A DNA stretch of 42,369 nucleotides, taken from IMG/VR virus record IMGVR_UViG_3300045988_054763, one strand, 5' to 3'. The position numbers and the translations under genes are program-made. The DNA comes from a virus. A model generated the notes under the pieces. That model was not told the DNA's origin. It saw only the letters and a program-made list of their open reading frames with translations, and ran no database searches. Shown here piece after piece: positions 34,424 to 42,219 of the stretch; position 1 is the first letter of the stretch, and the number at the start of each line of letters is the position of its first letter.

Positions 34424-35059
34424 ATGAAAAAAGAGCGAATTATCGAAGTCCAGTCTTTAAAAATCGAACAGGCAACCATTTTGATCGAGGGCGACGGCGA
34501 CCTTGTGCTGAACAAGATGAATGCCCGCACCGTCCGAGAGCTGACCGCCGCCCGCGACGGCAAAAAGACCATCAAGGAAGTCCCCAACATTTGGGAGGAC
34601 ATCATCACGGCAATTCACTGGCGGGATGGCTACCCCGTGGAGGACACTTACCGCGATATGAACGAGGGAACCTTGCGCGATATGCTGACGAACAACGCGC
34701 CCTGCATTACGGGCTTTGGCTTGAAGAAGTCCTTCTGTCAAGCGGTCGTGCGAAACGAGATCGACACTTACGCGACGAAGTTTGACAACGCCATGAATGT
34801 TACGGCGCGGTTGGAACCCGTGAAATTCGTAGCACATTTTGTTGACAAAACGCTCATGTCTCCGAAGCGAGGCGCTCCGGTGTTGGTTTATATCAACCGT
34901 TTCTCCGGCTGGTCTTCCCAAGTCCATATCACCTACACCGAGAACGTCTACACGCTCGACCAGATCGTGAACATCATCAATATGGCAGGGTTTGGACTTG
35001 GCATCGGCTCTGGCCGTTCCAGTGGTTATGGCAGATACCATGTTGTCGGAGTTGAATAA
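34424..35059 (+). CDS. Protein with a RAMP/Cas6-like C-terminal glycine-rich loop; function unknown
   Basis: RBS aaggagg. The C-terminus ...TLDQIVNIINMAGFGLGIGSGRSSGYGRYHVVGVE* has the helix, G-rich loop and final strand layout of RAMP ferredoxin folds. Confidence 0.6.
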   Translation: MKKERIIEVQSLKIEQATILIEGDGDLVLNKMNARTVRELTAARDGKKTIKEVPNIWEDIITAIHWRDGYPVEDTYRDMNEGTLRDMLTNNAPCITGFGLKKSFCQAVVRNEIDTYATKFDNAMNVTARLEPVKFVAHFVDKTLMSPKRGAPVLVYINRFSGWSSQVHITYTENVYTLDQIVNIINMAGFGLGIGSGRSSGYGRYHVVGVE

Positions 35060-35165
35060 AAAATGCCCCGCCCAATGTTGCAGCATCGAGCGGGGCGGGT
35101 GGGACAAATCTTACCACAAGATATTGTGTCCGTGCTTATTGTAGCACGAGAGAAAGGAAAAGGCA

Positions 35166-35315
35166 ATGAGAAAAAAGCCAGAGTACAAGATCATTTGGGT
35201 CGCGCCCCCCGACCCTGTAAAGCTGGGGACGATCATAGGCGAGATTTACGCACGCGGTCGCGGCCTTGAGTTTGTCGGCCTTGTGCCGAACGAGAAGAAG
35301 GGAGAAAAGGCATGA
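35166..35315 (+). CDS. Small 49-aa protein (hand-called)
   Basis: MRKKPEYKIIWVAPPDPVKLGTIIGEIYARGRGLEFVGLVPNEKKGEKA*. RBS gaaaggaaaagg. Confidence 0.4.
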   Translation: MRKKPEYKIIWVAPPDPVKLGTIIGEIYARGRGLEFVGLVPNEKKGEKA

Positions 35316-35398
35316 TCACACTGTTTATCTTTATCGGCATCGGCACCGTGACGCATTGGTTTATGCGGGCGCTGGACAAGCTGGAGGGCAGGGCATGA
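35312..35398 (+). CDS. 28-aa hydrophobic peptide (hand-called)
   Basis: MITLFIFIGIGTVTHWFMRALDKLEGRA*, with ATGA overlaps at both ends. Confidence 0.35.
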   Translation: MITLFIFIGIGTVTHWFMRALDKLEGRA

Positions 35399-35919
35399 GG
35401 CGCGACCGACGCACCCGCGAGCAGCGCAAGGCCGACGCTTCGGCGCGCATCGCTGCCGCCTGCCTGTTCCTCGCGGCGCTGCTTATCATCGTCGCAACCC
35501 TAACGGTTAAAACCACCGGGCAGCCGTACAAGGGCGAGCCGCCGGTCATCGAGGACAAGCTCCCTGGCGAGGACAAGCCCGCAGAGGGGAGCGCGGTGCT
35601 CGACATCGGCGAACCGCTCGGTGAGTTCTGCTTGACCGCCTATTGCCCGTGCGCGAAGTGCTGCGGCAAGAGCGACGGCATCACCTCGACCGGCACGACC
35701 GCCGCCGAGGGGCGAACGATTGCGGTTGACCCTCGCGTGATCCCTTACGGCTCCTCTGTCACGATCTACTTTGCCGACGGAACGAGCCATACATACACCG
35801 CCGAGGATTGTGGCGGCGCGATCAAGGAGAACCGCATCGACGTGTTCTTTGACGACCATCAGGCCGCGCGGGAGTTTGGCGTACAAACCGCTTATGTTTA
35901 CATGGAGGTATCACCATGA
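35395..35919 (+). CDS. Membrane-anchored 3D-domain (MltA/RlpA-like DPBB) protein
   Basis: TM segment IAAACLFLAALLIIVATL, then LTAYCPCAKCCGKSDGITSTGTTAAEGRTIAVDPRVIPYGS...DCGGAIKENRIDVFFDD. Confidence 0.7.
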   Translation: MRRDRRTREQRKADASARIAAACLFLAALLIIVATLTVKTTGQPYKGEPPVIEDKLPGEDKPAEGSAVLDIGEPLGEFCLTAYCPCAKCCGKSDGITSTGTTAAEGRTIAVDPRVIPYGSSVTIYFADGTSHTYTAEDCGGAIKENRIDVFFDDHQAAREFGVQTAYVYMEVSP

Positions 35920-36221
35920 CAGACGATGTTATCACTCTGCGAAACCATCTTCGCGTTGGCGCTCAGAACGCGCTGCGCCGTTGGCAGCTCTGCGAAATGA
36001 CCGGCTGGACAGACCGGCACTTGCGCAAGGTGATTGAGGCGGCACGATGCGAGGAGGACGGCGAAGAATACTGCATTATGAACTTTGGCAAGGGCTACTA
36101 CTTGTCAAACGATCCGGCAGAAGCCGAGGTGCTCCGCAAGATCGAGATGGCGCGGATAGCGTCCATTGTCGGGCGGACATACGGCCTGTCGGAGATGATA
36201 CGGAAAGCGGGGAGGTCGTAA
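35916..36221 (+). CDS. Hypothetical protein
   Basis: ORF of 101 aa with an overlapping start. Confidence 0.5.
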   Translation: MTDDVITLRNHLRVGAQNALRRWQLCEMTGWTDRHLRKVIEAARCEEDGEEYCIMNFGKGYYLSNDPAEAEVLRKIEMARIASIVGRTYGLSEMIRKAGRS

Positions 36222-36226
36222 TTTAC

Positions 36227-36388
36227 ATGGTTTACAAATGCGAAGCCTGCCACGCGATCTTCTTTGAGCCGTACACTTATCAGATACGCGAGAACCTTGA
36301 CGGCGAGAACGGCATAGAAACGCGGACGGTCTCCGAGTGCCCGTTCTGCGGCGAAGAATGGTTTACGGAGGTGGAAGATGAAGCCTAA
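36227..36388 (+). CDS. Zinc-ribbon mini-protein (53 aa)
   Basis: MVYKCEACHA...CPFCGEEW. Confidence 0.5.
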   Translation: MVYKCEACHAIFFEPYTYQIRENLDGENGIETRTVSECPFCGEEWFTEVEDEA

Positions 36389-36578
36389 CGGAGTGACGGA
36401 ATACGCGCGTTGCACCGTGGACATCAATTTCCCGAACAAAGAGGTACGGTGTATGTACTGTCCGCTGCTGGAGACTTACGCGCGGAACCAATGCCGGAGG
36501 ACCGGCGAATACATCATAGACACGCGCGGCATCGGGATGTGGTGCCCGCTGAAAATGGAGGAAGATCATGGACTATAA
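36378..36578 (+). CDS. Cys-rich small protein
   Basis: 66 aa containing CMYCP, CRRTG and WCPL. Confidence 0.5.
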   Translation: MKPNGVTEYARCTVDINFPNKEVRCMYCPLLETYARNQCRRTGEYIIDTRGIGMWCPLKMEEDHGL

Positions 36579-37347
36579 CTTTGGCGAGAACGTAGAGGAA
36601 TACAGCCAAAAGCAGGGGAAGAAAATCCCAGTTTGGCAATCCGACAAGTATAAAGAGAGCAAGAAAAAGGCTTGCGAGATCATCGAAAGTGGGAAGTATG
36701 GACTATCCCCCGCAGACTTCTGGATACTTATGAACGAGACGAAAAGCGGCAAGATGGGGTACACGGGCCTGATTATCTCTCACAACGGCTGCTTGAAAAT
36801 CAACGACAAATTGGAAAAGCCGTTTAATCCGATGTCCGTTACCGAAGACAAGTGCGGATACGGCGGCGCGCTGGTTTTTACCTATTGCGATAAAGACCAG
36901 GGATTATATGAGGTTGGCGAAGTCACACAGAAAAATTGCAAGAACGATTATCCGTATGCGATGGCGTTTAAGCGGATGTTTGACCGCGTTGTGCTGAAAC
37001 TTTCCAAGCTCGCTTATTCAGGAATTTATAGCGAAGCGGAGAGTGATTCGTTTCGCGACCCGGTTGATGATACCAGGACCCCGAGCAATGGGGAATTAGA
37101 AAAACCGCCTAAGCAGGATAAGAAGCCAAGTAAGGAAGAGATGGACGCGTTTAACGCGCAGTACAAGCGCGAGGTTGAGAAAAACACCTGTAAGGACTGC
37201 GGCAAGCCCATCTACCCTGTGACGCACGGCGGCAAGAAATATTCCGTTGCCGAGATTGCGGAGAACGCGATAAATACCTATAAAGCGCCGCTCTGCTGGG
37301 CGTGCATGGCGGCAAGGAGAAAAGCCAATGAAAGCCCGACTGCATGA
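36568..37347 (+). CDS. Possible single-strand annealing / recombination protein with a C-terminal zinc ribbon
   Basis: NDYPYAMAFKRMFDRVVLKLSKLAYSGIYSEAESD resembles the conserved core of ERF/RecT-type annealases. It sits next to NinB-like, HNH and SSB genes. CKDCG...CWAC. Confidence 0.4.
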   Translation: MDYNFGENVEEYSQKQGKKIPVWQSDKYKESKKKACEIIESGKYGLSPADFWILMNETKSGKMGYTGLIISHNGCLKINDKLEKPFNPMSVTEDKCGYGGALVFTYCDKDQGLYEVGEVTQKNCKNDYPYAMAFKRMFDRVVLKLSKLAYSGIYSEAESDSFRDPVDDTRTPSNGELEKPPKQDKKPSKEEMDAFNAQYKREVEKNTCKDCGKPIYPVTHGGKKYSVAEIAENAINTYKAPLCWACMAARRKANESPTA

Positions 37348-37855
37348 TCTATCCCTCGCGCGGGATGGTGGGTATCTGCTCACCATCGCCACGCGGGAGA
37401 ATATCGGGCCGTTGTTTGACGAGCTGCACGAGACAGACGTTGACGTGACCGTGAAGAAGCACCGCGAGAAGCGGAGCTTGGATGCCAACGCCTACGCATG
37501 GGTTTTGCTGGACAAGCTCGCAGAGGCCACAGGAACGCCTACAAGCGAGGTTTACCGGCAGGCCGTGAAAGATGTCGGTGGGAACACGGAAACCGTCTGC
37601 GTGCGCGAGAAAGCCGTACAGAAGCTATGCGGCGGCTGGAACAAGAACGGTATCGGCTGGCAGACGGAAGTGATGGACAGCAAAATTGACGGCTGCAAGA
37701 ACGTGGTTCTGTATTACGGGTCGTCCACCTTTGACACAAGACAAATGTCGCGTCTGATCGACAACATCGTGCAGGACTGCAAGGCGGTTGGCATCGAGAC
37801 CTTGACCCCACAGCAGCTTGACGCGCTGAAGGAGGATTGGCGATGCACAAAATGA
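37328..37855 (+). CDS. NinB/Orf-like recombination mediator
   Basis: KKHREKRSLDANAYAWVLLDKLAE matches the lambda NinB RSLDQN signature region. Confidence 0.6.
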   Translation: MKARLHDLSLARDGGYLLTIATRENIGPLFDELHETDVDVTVKKHREKRSLDANAYAWVLLDKLAEATGTPTSEVYRQAVKDVGGNTETVCVREKAVQKLCGGWNKNGIGWQTEVMDSKIDGCKNVVLYYGSSTFDTRQMSRLIDNIVQDCKAVGIETLTPQQLDALKEDWRCTK

Positions 37856-38157
37856 CAAAGGCAACCTCTATCCCTAAAAGCGTCAAGGAGATTGTATACG
37901 AGCGCGACGGTGGGCGCTGCATTCTATGCGGGCGGAACAACGGAGAGCCGGTAGCGCACGTTATACGGCGCTCACAGGGCGGCAGAGGCATCGAACAGAA
38001 CATCGTAACGCTCTGCCCCTCCTGCCACCGAGCCTTTGACGAGGGGCCGCAGAGGACGGCGCTATACGCCTGCATCGTCGGCTACCTCAAAGCGAAATAC
38101 CACGGCTGGACACGGGAGAACATGATTTACAGGAAAAACAGGGAGGAATTGAAATGA
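37843..38157 (+). CDS. HNH endonuclease
   Basis: VYERDGGRCILCG...HVIRRSQGGRGIEQNIVTLCPSCH. Confidence 0.8.
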   Translation: MHKMTKATSIPKSVKEIVYERDGGRCILCGRNNGEPVAHVIRRSQGGRGIEQNIVTLCPSCHRAFDEGPQRTALYACIVGYLKAKYHGWTRENMIYRKNREELK

Positions 38158-38552
38158 GCTTGAACAGGATCAACGTCATGGGACGCATTGGAAAGGACCT
38201 TGAGCTGCGCCGCACGCAGAGCGGAAAGGCGGTCACCAGCTTTCCCATCGCCGTCGACCGCGACGGTAAGGATGCCGGAACGGACTGGTTTGATGTGGTC
38301 GCGTGGGAGCGCACGGCGGAGTTTGCCGCGCAATACTGCGCCAAGGGGCGCAAGGTAGTGGTAGACGGTCGCTTGCAGGCGCGAGACTGGACCGACAAGG
38401 ACGGCAATAAGCGCCGCTCGGTCGAGATCATTGCTAATAGCGTGTACTTTGCCGACAGCAAGCCGCAGGAGGAACCCGCCGCATACAGTCCCGCATCAAG
38501 CAGCTTGGGCGAGTTTACCGAGGTTGAGGATGACGGCAACCCCCCGTTTTGA
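38154..38552 (+). CDS. ssb: Single-stranded DNA-binding protein
   Basis: MSLNRINVMGRIGKDLELRRTQSGKAVTSFPIAVDR...WFDVVAWERTAEF...DDGNPPF acidic tip. Confidence 0.9.
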   Translation: MSLNRINVMGRIGKDLELRRTQSGKAVTSFPIAVDRDGKDAGTDWFDVVAWERTAEFAAQYCAKGRKVVVDGRLQARDWTDKDGNKRRSVEIIANSVYFADSKPQEEPAAYSPASSSLGEFTEVEDDGNPPF

Positions 38553-38564
38553 TGGAGGCGCGTT

Positions 38565-38732
38565 GTGAAGTACGACGCTTTGATTTACGATTGCGAGAAT
38601 ATCTTTGATGTAGATGATCCGGCACATAATATGATCCGCATCGACGGTCTCTCGCAATCAGAAGCAGATGACCTTTGCGACATTATGACCCAGCACGGCG
38701 TATCAATTTGCCTGCTTCCCTATAAGGAGTGA
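38565..38732 (+). CDS. Small acidic 55-aa protein (hand-called, GTG start)
   Basis: RBS gatggagg. VKYDALIYDCENIFDVDDPAHNMIRIDGLSQSEADDLCDIMTQHGVSICLLPYKE*. Confidence 0.4.
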   Translation: MKYDALIYDCENIFDVDDPAHNMIRIDGLSQSEADDLCDIMTQHGVSICLLPYKE

Positions 38733-38736
38733 GTGC

Positions 38737-39345
38737 ATGGCGGATATGACTTACATCAAGCTGTTTGTCGATTACTTAGACGCAATAGAGCCACTCGGTG
38801 ACGCTGAGAGGGGGAGGCTTTTCACTTCCTTGTTAGAATACGCAAGGACGGGCGAAGCCCCGCAGCTTGGCGGGAACGAACGGTTTCTTTTCCCTATGAT
38901 GAGGGCGCAAATCGACAGGGACAATGCTGCAATGGCGGGATTATCCGAGGCGCGAAGCAAGGCCGGGAAGATCGGAGCCGAGGCGAAACAAGCAAATGCA
39001 GGATTTGCCAAGCAAAACAAGCAAATGCCAAATTTGCCAAGCAAATCAAGCTATGACAAAGACAAAGACAAAGACAAAGACAAAGACAAAGACGAGAGTA
39101 TTACGCGCGCGAGGCGCTTTACCCCTCCCACTTTGGACGATGTTTTGGCTTATGTTCGGGAACGCGGTTCAGACGTAGACCCGCAACGGTTTCTTGATTT
39201 CTACGCATCCAAAGGCTGGATGGTAGGCAAGAATCCGATGAAGGACTGGAAAGCCGCCGTGCGAACATGGGAAAAGCGCGAGGATACGGGCAACCACTCC
39301 AATCCAACGCCTGGAAAAAATGCGTGGATGAAAGAATACCTGTGA
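38737..39345 (+). CDS. Replisome-organizer / DnaD-like replication protein
   Basis: N-terminus MTYIKLFVDYLDAIEPLGDAERGRLFTSLLEY and C-terminus VLAYVRERGSDVDPQRFLDFYASKGWMVGKNPMKDWKAAVRTWE. Confidence 0.6.
   Translation: MADMTYIKLFVDYLDAIEPLGDAERGRLFTSLLEYARTGEAPQLGGNERFLFPMMRAQIDRDNAAMAGLSEARSKAGKIGAEAKQANAGFAKQNKQMPNLPSKSSYDKDKDKDKDKDKDESITRARRFTPPTLDDVLAYVRERGSDVDPQRFLDFYASKGWMVGKNPMKDWKAAVRTWEKREDTGNHSNPTPGKNAWMKEYL
38988..39045. repeat. Two tandem 29-bp repeats, each with an internal inverted repeat (iteron-like)
   Basis: acaagcaaatgcaggatttgccaagcaaa / acaagcaaatgccaaatttgccaagcaaa, each with a GCAAAT-N5-ATTTGC core. Confidence 0.8.
39055..39093. repeat. Hexanucleotide microsatellite (GACAAA)6.5 encoding (DK)n
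   Basis: Read directly from the sequence: gacaaa six times plus gac. Confidence 0.95.
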
Positions 39346-39355
39346 GGAGGAAATC

Positions 39356-40600
39356 ATGAAACTCTTGATTGGCGGAAGCCCTTGCACGCACTGGAGTATC
39401 GCGCAGACCAAGAACCGCGAGACCGAGGCCAGCGGCATCGGCTGGGAGCTATTTTTAAACTACCGCATCGCCCGCGACAAGTACCAGCCGGACTATTTTC
39501 TCTACGAGAACAACAAATCCATGTCGCCCGCTATCCGGACGCAAATCACGGCGGAGCTGGGCGTGGAACCCGTGCTTATCAACTCCGCGCTGGTAAGCGC
39601 ACAAAACCGCCAGCGCCTGTATTGGGTGGGCAGACGGAACCCGGACGGCACATACAGCCAGGTGCCGGTGGAGCAGCCGGAGGACAGGGGTATTCTGCTG
39701 CGGGATATTTTGGAGACCGGCTTCCCGCTGCGCGAGAAGAGCTATGCGCTCCAAACAGGACACAGTGCGACGGCGGAGGATGCCGTTGCACGCAGGCAGC
39801 GGAACGCGGTAGCGGAGCCTGTTGCCATTAAGCCGCTGTCTGAGCGGGAAATGGATTACATGGTTGGTGAGCATGGCAAATACTCCGACCGTTGGACATA
39901 TCTGCAAAAGCCAGGAGAGGCAGACAAAGCGCTTTGCATCACCGCTAATGTACATCGCGGCGTTCCGTATAACATTTGCGCAGAGCCTGTACGAATCGGG
40001 ACCATCGAGAATGACGCGAAGAACCCGGACAATGACAGCCAGCAATACCGCGTCTATTCGCCGGACGGAAAGAGCGTGACCCTCTGCGGGAATGGCGGAG
40101 GCTTGGGAGCCAAGACGGGCCTTTATGCAACGCCGGTCGGCGGCCCGGATGGGAAAGCGTGGCCCGTATACAAAGTCCGCGACGGCTTTATCGCCATTAA
40201 AGGCAAGCGATACCCGATTAAACTGCGAGACGGCTTTTACATCATCCGCAAGCTGACGGTCCGCGAGTGTATGCGCCTCCAGACCGTGCCAGAGGAGTAT
40301 GTTTTCCCGGTGAGCAACAGCCAAGCCTACAAGATGCTGGGCAACGGCTGGACGGTGGACGTGATCGCCCACATTATGAGCCATTTTGAAGGGCTGACGA
40401 AAGAACCGGTGAAAGTGCTATCGATGTACGACGGTATGAGCTGCGGACATATCGCGCTGGACAAGCTGGGCGCGGAGATCGCCGCCTACTATGCGACCGA
40501 GATCGACAAGTACGCCATCCAGACCACGCAGCACAATTTCCCCGAGACCATCCAGCTTGGCGACGCATTTCAGGTGAGAGGGGAAGGGTGGACGCTATGA
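39356..40600 (+). CDS. DNA (cytosine-5) methyltransferase with circularly permuted motif order
   Basis: It starts at motif IV (MKLLIGGSPCTHWS), followed by ENNKSM (VI), SAQNRQRLYW (VIII), RKLTVRECMRLQTVPEEY (IX) and LGNGWTVDVIAHI (X). Only after these come motif I-III-like VKVLSMYDGMSCGHIALDKLG, YYATEID and LGDAF. Confidence 0.75.
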   Translation: MKLLIGGSPCTHWSIAQTKNRETEASGIGWELFLNYRIARDKYQPDYFLYENNKSMSPAIRTQITAELGVEPVLINSALVSAQNRQRLYWVGRRNPDGTYSQVPVEQPEDRGILLRDILETGFPLREKSYALQTGHSATAEDAVARRQRNAVAEPVAIKPLSEREMDYMVGEHGKYSDRWTYLQKPGEADKALCITANVHRGVPYNICAEPVRIGTIENDAKNPDNDSQQYRVYSPDGKSVTLCGNGGGLGAKTGLYATPVGGPDGKAWPVYKVRDGFIAIKGKRYPIKLRDGFYIIRKLTVRECMRLQTVPEEYVFPVSNSQAYKMLGNGWTVDVIAHIMSHFEGLTKEPVKVLSMYDGMSCGHIALDKLGAEIAAYYATEIDKYAIQTTQHNFPETIQLGDAFQVRGEGWTL

Positions 40601-41487
40601 GCCTTTCCGGTTACACCAACACGCCGATCCTGCCCGAGAAAGCAAAAGAGCTGATGTCCCTTGACGCCGAGGACAAGGAGATCATCACCTACGGCAAGAT
40701 CGAGGAGTGGTTCACAGCATGGGACGGGAAAGTCTATGTGAGCTTTTCCGGCGGCAAGGATTCAACCGTGCTGGCTTACCTTGCCGCAAACTGGCTCTCA
40801 CATTTCCGCACGCCGCCGTGGCCGCTGGACCTCGTATTTGTCAATACGGGGCTGGAATATCCAGAAGTTCAGAAGTTCGTAAACGAATATACGGACTGGC
40901 TGCGGAGGGAGTTTCCCCGTGTGACCGTCAACCTACACCGTCGGCGTCCGAAGATGAACATTCGGCAGGTGGTGCGGAAGTACGGGTATAGCATCGTGAG
41001 CAAAGAAGTGTCCGCATACGTAGGAAATGCTCGAATCAATCCAGATGGGAAATCGGCACAGCGTTTACGCGGGGAATACCTCGATAAAAATGGAGAAAAA
41101 TCCCCGTACAACTGCGAAAAGTGGGGGGATTTAGTTCATGCGCCGTTTCTCGTGTCGGATTCATGCTGCAAGGTGATGAAAAAGGGACCCATGCACAAGT
41201 TCGAGACCAAAACAGGGTTCCACCCCATGACAGCGTTGATGGCGGAAGAAAGTCGGCTGCGCATGCTGAAATGGCAACGCACAGGCTGCAACGCCTTTGA
41301 GGGCAAGCACCCGAGGGGAAAGCCCATGAGCTTTTGGGCGGAGCAGGACGTACTACGGTTTATCGTAGATCGGCAAATCCCTATCGTTAGCGTGTACGGC
41401 GATATCGTAGCCAGTGACGGCGAGAACGACTATGCGAAAACGCTGATCGACTGCAAGCTGCACTGCACGGGCTGCCAGAGAACAGGT
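40597..41487 (+). CDS. PAPS-reductase-like (PP-loop ATPase) protein, exon 1
   Basis: The PP-loop VYVSFSGGKDSTVLAYL. ATGA overlap with the methyltransferase stop. The unspliced frame stops at 41506-08. Confidence 0.8.
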
Positions 41488-41676
41488 CAGAGTATAACGG
41501 CCGCTTGATGGGGCGACTCATCATGTAATAACAGTGTGAACCCTATTACTCAGGGGTGTGCCGCCACAAGGCGGGGCTAACGGGGAAGCCCTAACGTAAA
41601 GACGAGGGTAATCCCGTGCTGGGCTAATCGTGATAGCGTATTTTGTGTTTATAAATTTGAGGTCTTGATTTGAGGT

Positions 41677-42051
41677 TTATGGATTTTTTAATTCTGTAGA
41701 ACACGGTTTTGTGATGCCAAATTTATCACAAAGCTCCTGCATCGGCATTTGAGCATTATAAGCATCAACGATGGCGGAAATGTTTAGATCGTCGCGGTTA
41801 TTGATGGGTACACGGTGCTTTCGCGAGCCAGCTTTATCTAAAGCGCGACAAACGGTGTATGTGTGGCATCCAAGAGATTTGTCTCTGCCGTATTTGGTTA
41901 CGGCATTGTAAAGTTTGTAGTTACGCCTGAGCTTTGCGGTGCTGGGCTTCATGTGAACCATAAATCTTTCGTGTACAGCCATTGTCGTTTGCCCGATGTA
42001 AACTTTATCGTTTACCGTGTTTTTGATGATGTAAATAGAACCTGTACGCAT
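41677..42051 (-). CDS. GIY-YIG homing-endonuclease-like protein, truncated catalytic domain plus HTH
   Basis: SIYIIKNTVNDKVYIGQT (GIY...YIG) and HERF (Arg) are present, but the downstream catalytic Glu region is absent. C-terminal MPMQELCDKFGITKP is an HTH. RBS gaggtga. Confidence 0.7.
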   Translation of the reverse strand: MRTGSIYIIKNTVNDKVYIGQTTMAVHERFMVHMKPSTAKLRRNYKLYNAVTKYGRDKSLGCHTYTVCRALDKAGSRKHRVPINNRDDLNISAIVDAYNAQMPMQELCDKFGITKPCSTELKNP

Positions 42052-42068
42052 ATTATCACCTCAATAAT

Positions 42069-42097
42069 ATTATACACCAAAGGCGCAAAAAGCGCAA
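42069..42097 (-). promoter_or_regulatory. Promoter for the antisense GIY-YIG gene
   Basis: On the minus strand: TTGCGC, a 17-nt spacer, then TATAAT, followed by gaggtgataatATG. Confidence 0.5.
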
Positions 42098-42219
42098 GTT
42101 CAGTGTAACGACTATGGGGGTTGCCCCAGTAGGCCAGAGGATGAGTTGCTGGTCGAAGCGCACTGCATCTCATTGAGATGAAGAGATAGTCTGGGCCATT
42201 GGAAACAATGGAATAACTG

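Larger units (their letters stand above)
41488..42219 (+). mobile_element. Group I intron (T4 td-like core) with an antisense homing-endonuclease gene
   Basis: The exon ends in U and the intron ends in G. It contains AACGGGGAA...UAAUCCCGUGCU (P4 strands), GUUCAGUGUAACGACUAU and AAGAGAUAGUC (R/S elements forming P7), and a CCAUUG-GAAA-CAAUGG hairpin before the 3' splice site. Joining the exons restores the reading frame. Confidence 0.7.

Noticed and set aside
39055-39093. The short regular repeats were considered as a possible CRISPR-like mini-array.
   Set aside because: It is a contiguous hexanucleotide microsatellite with no spacers, and it lies inside an ORF.
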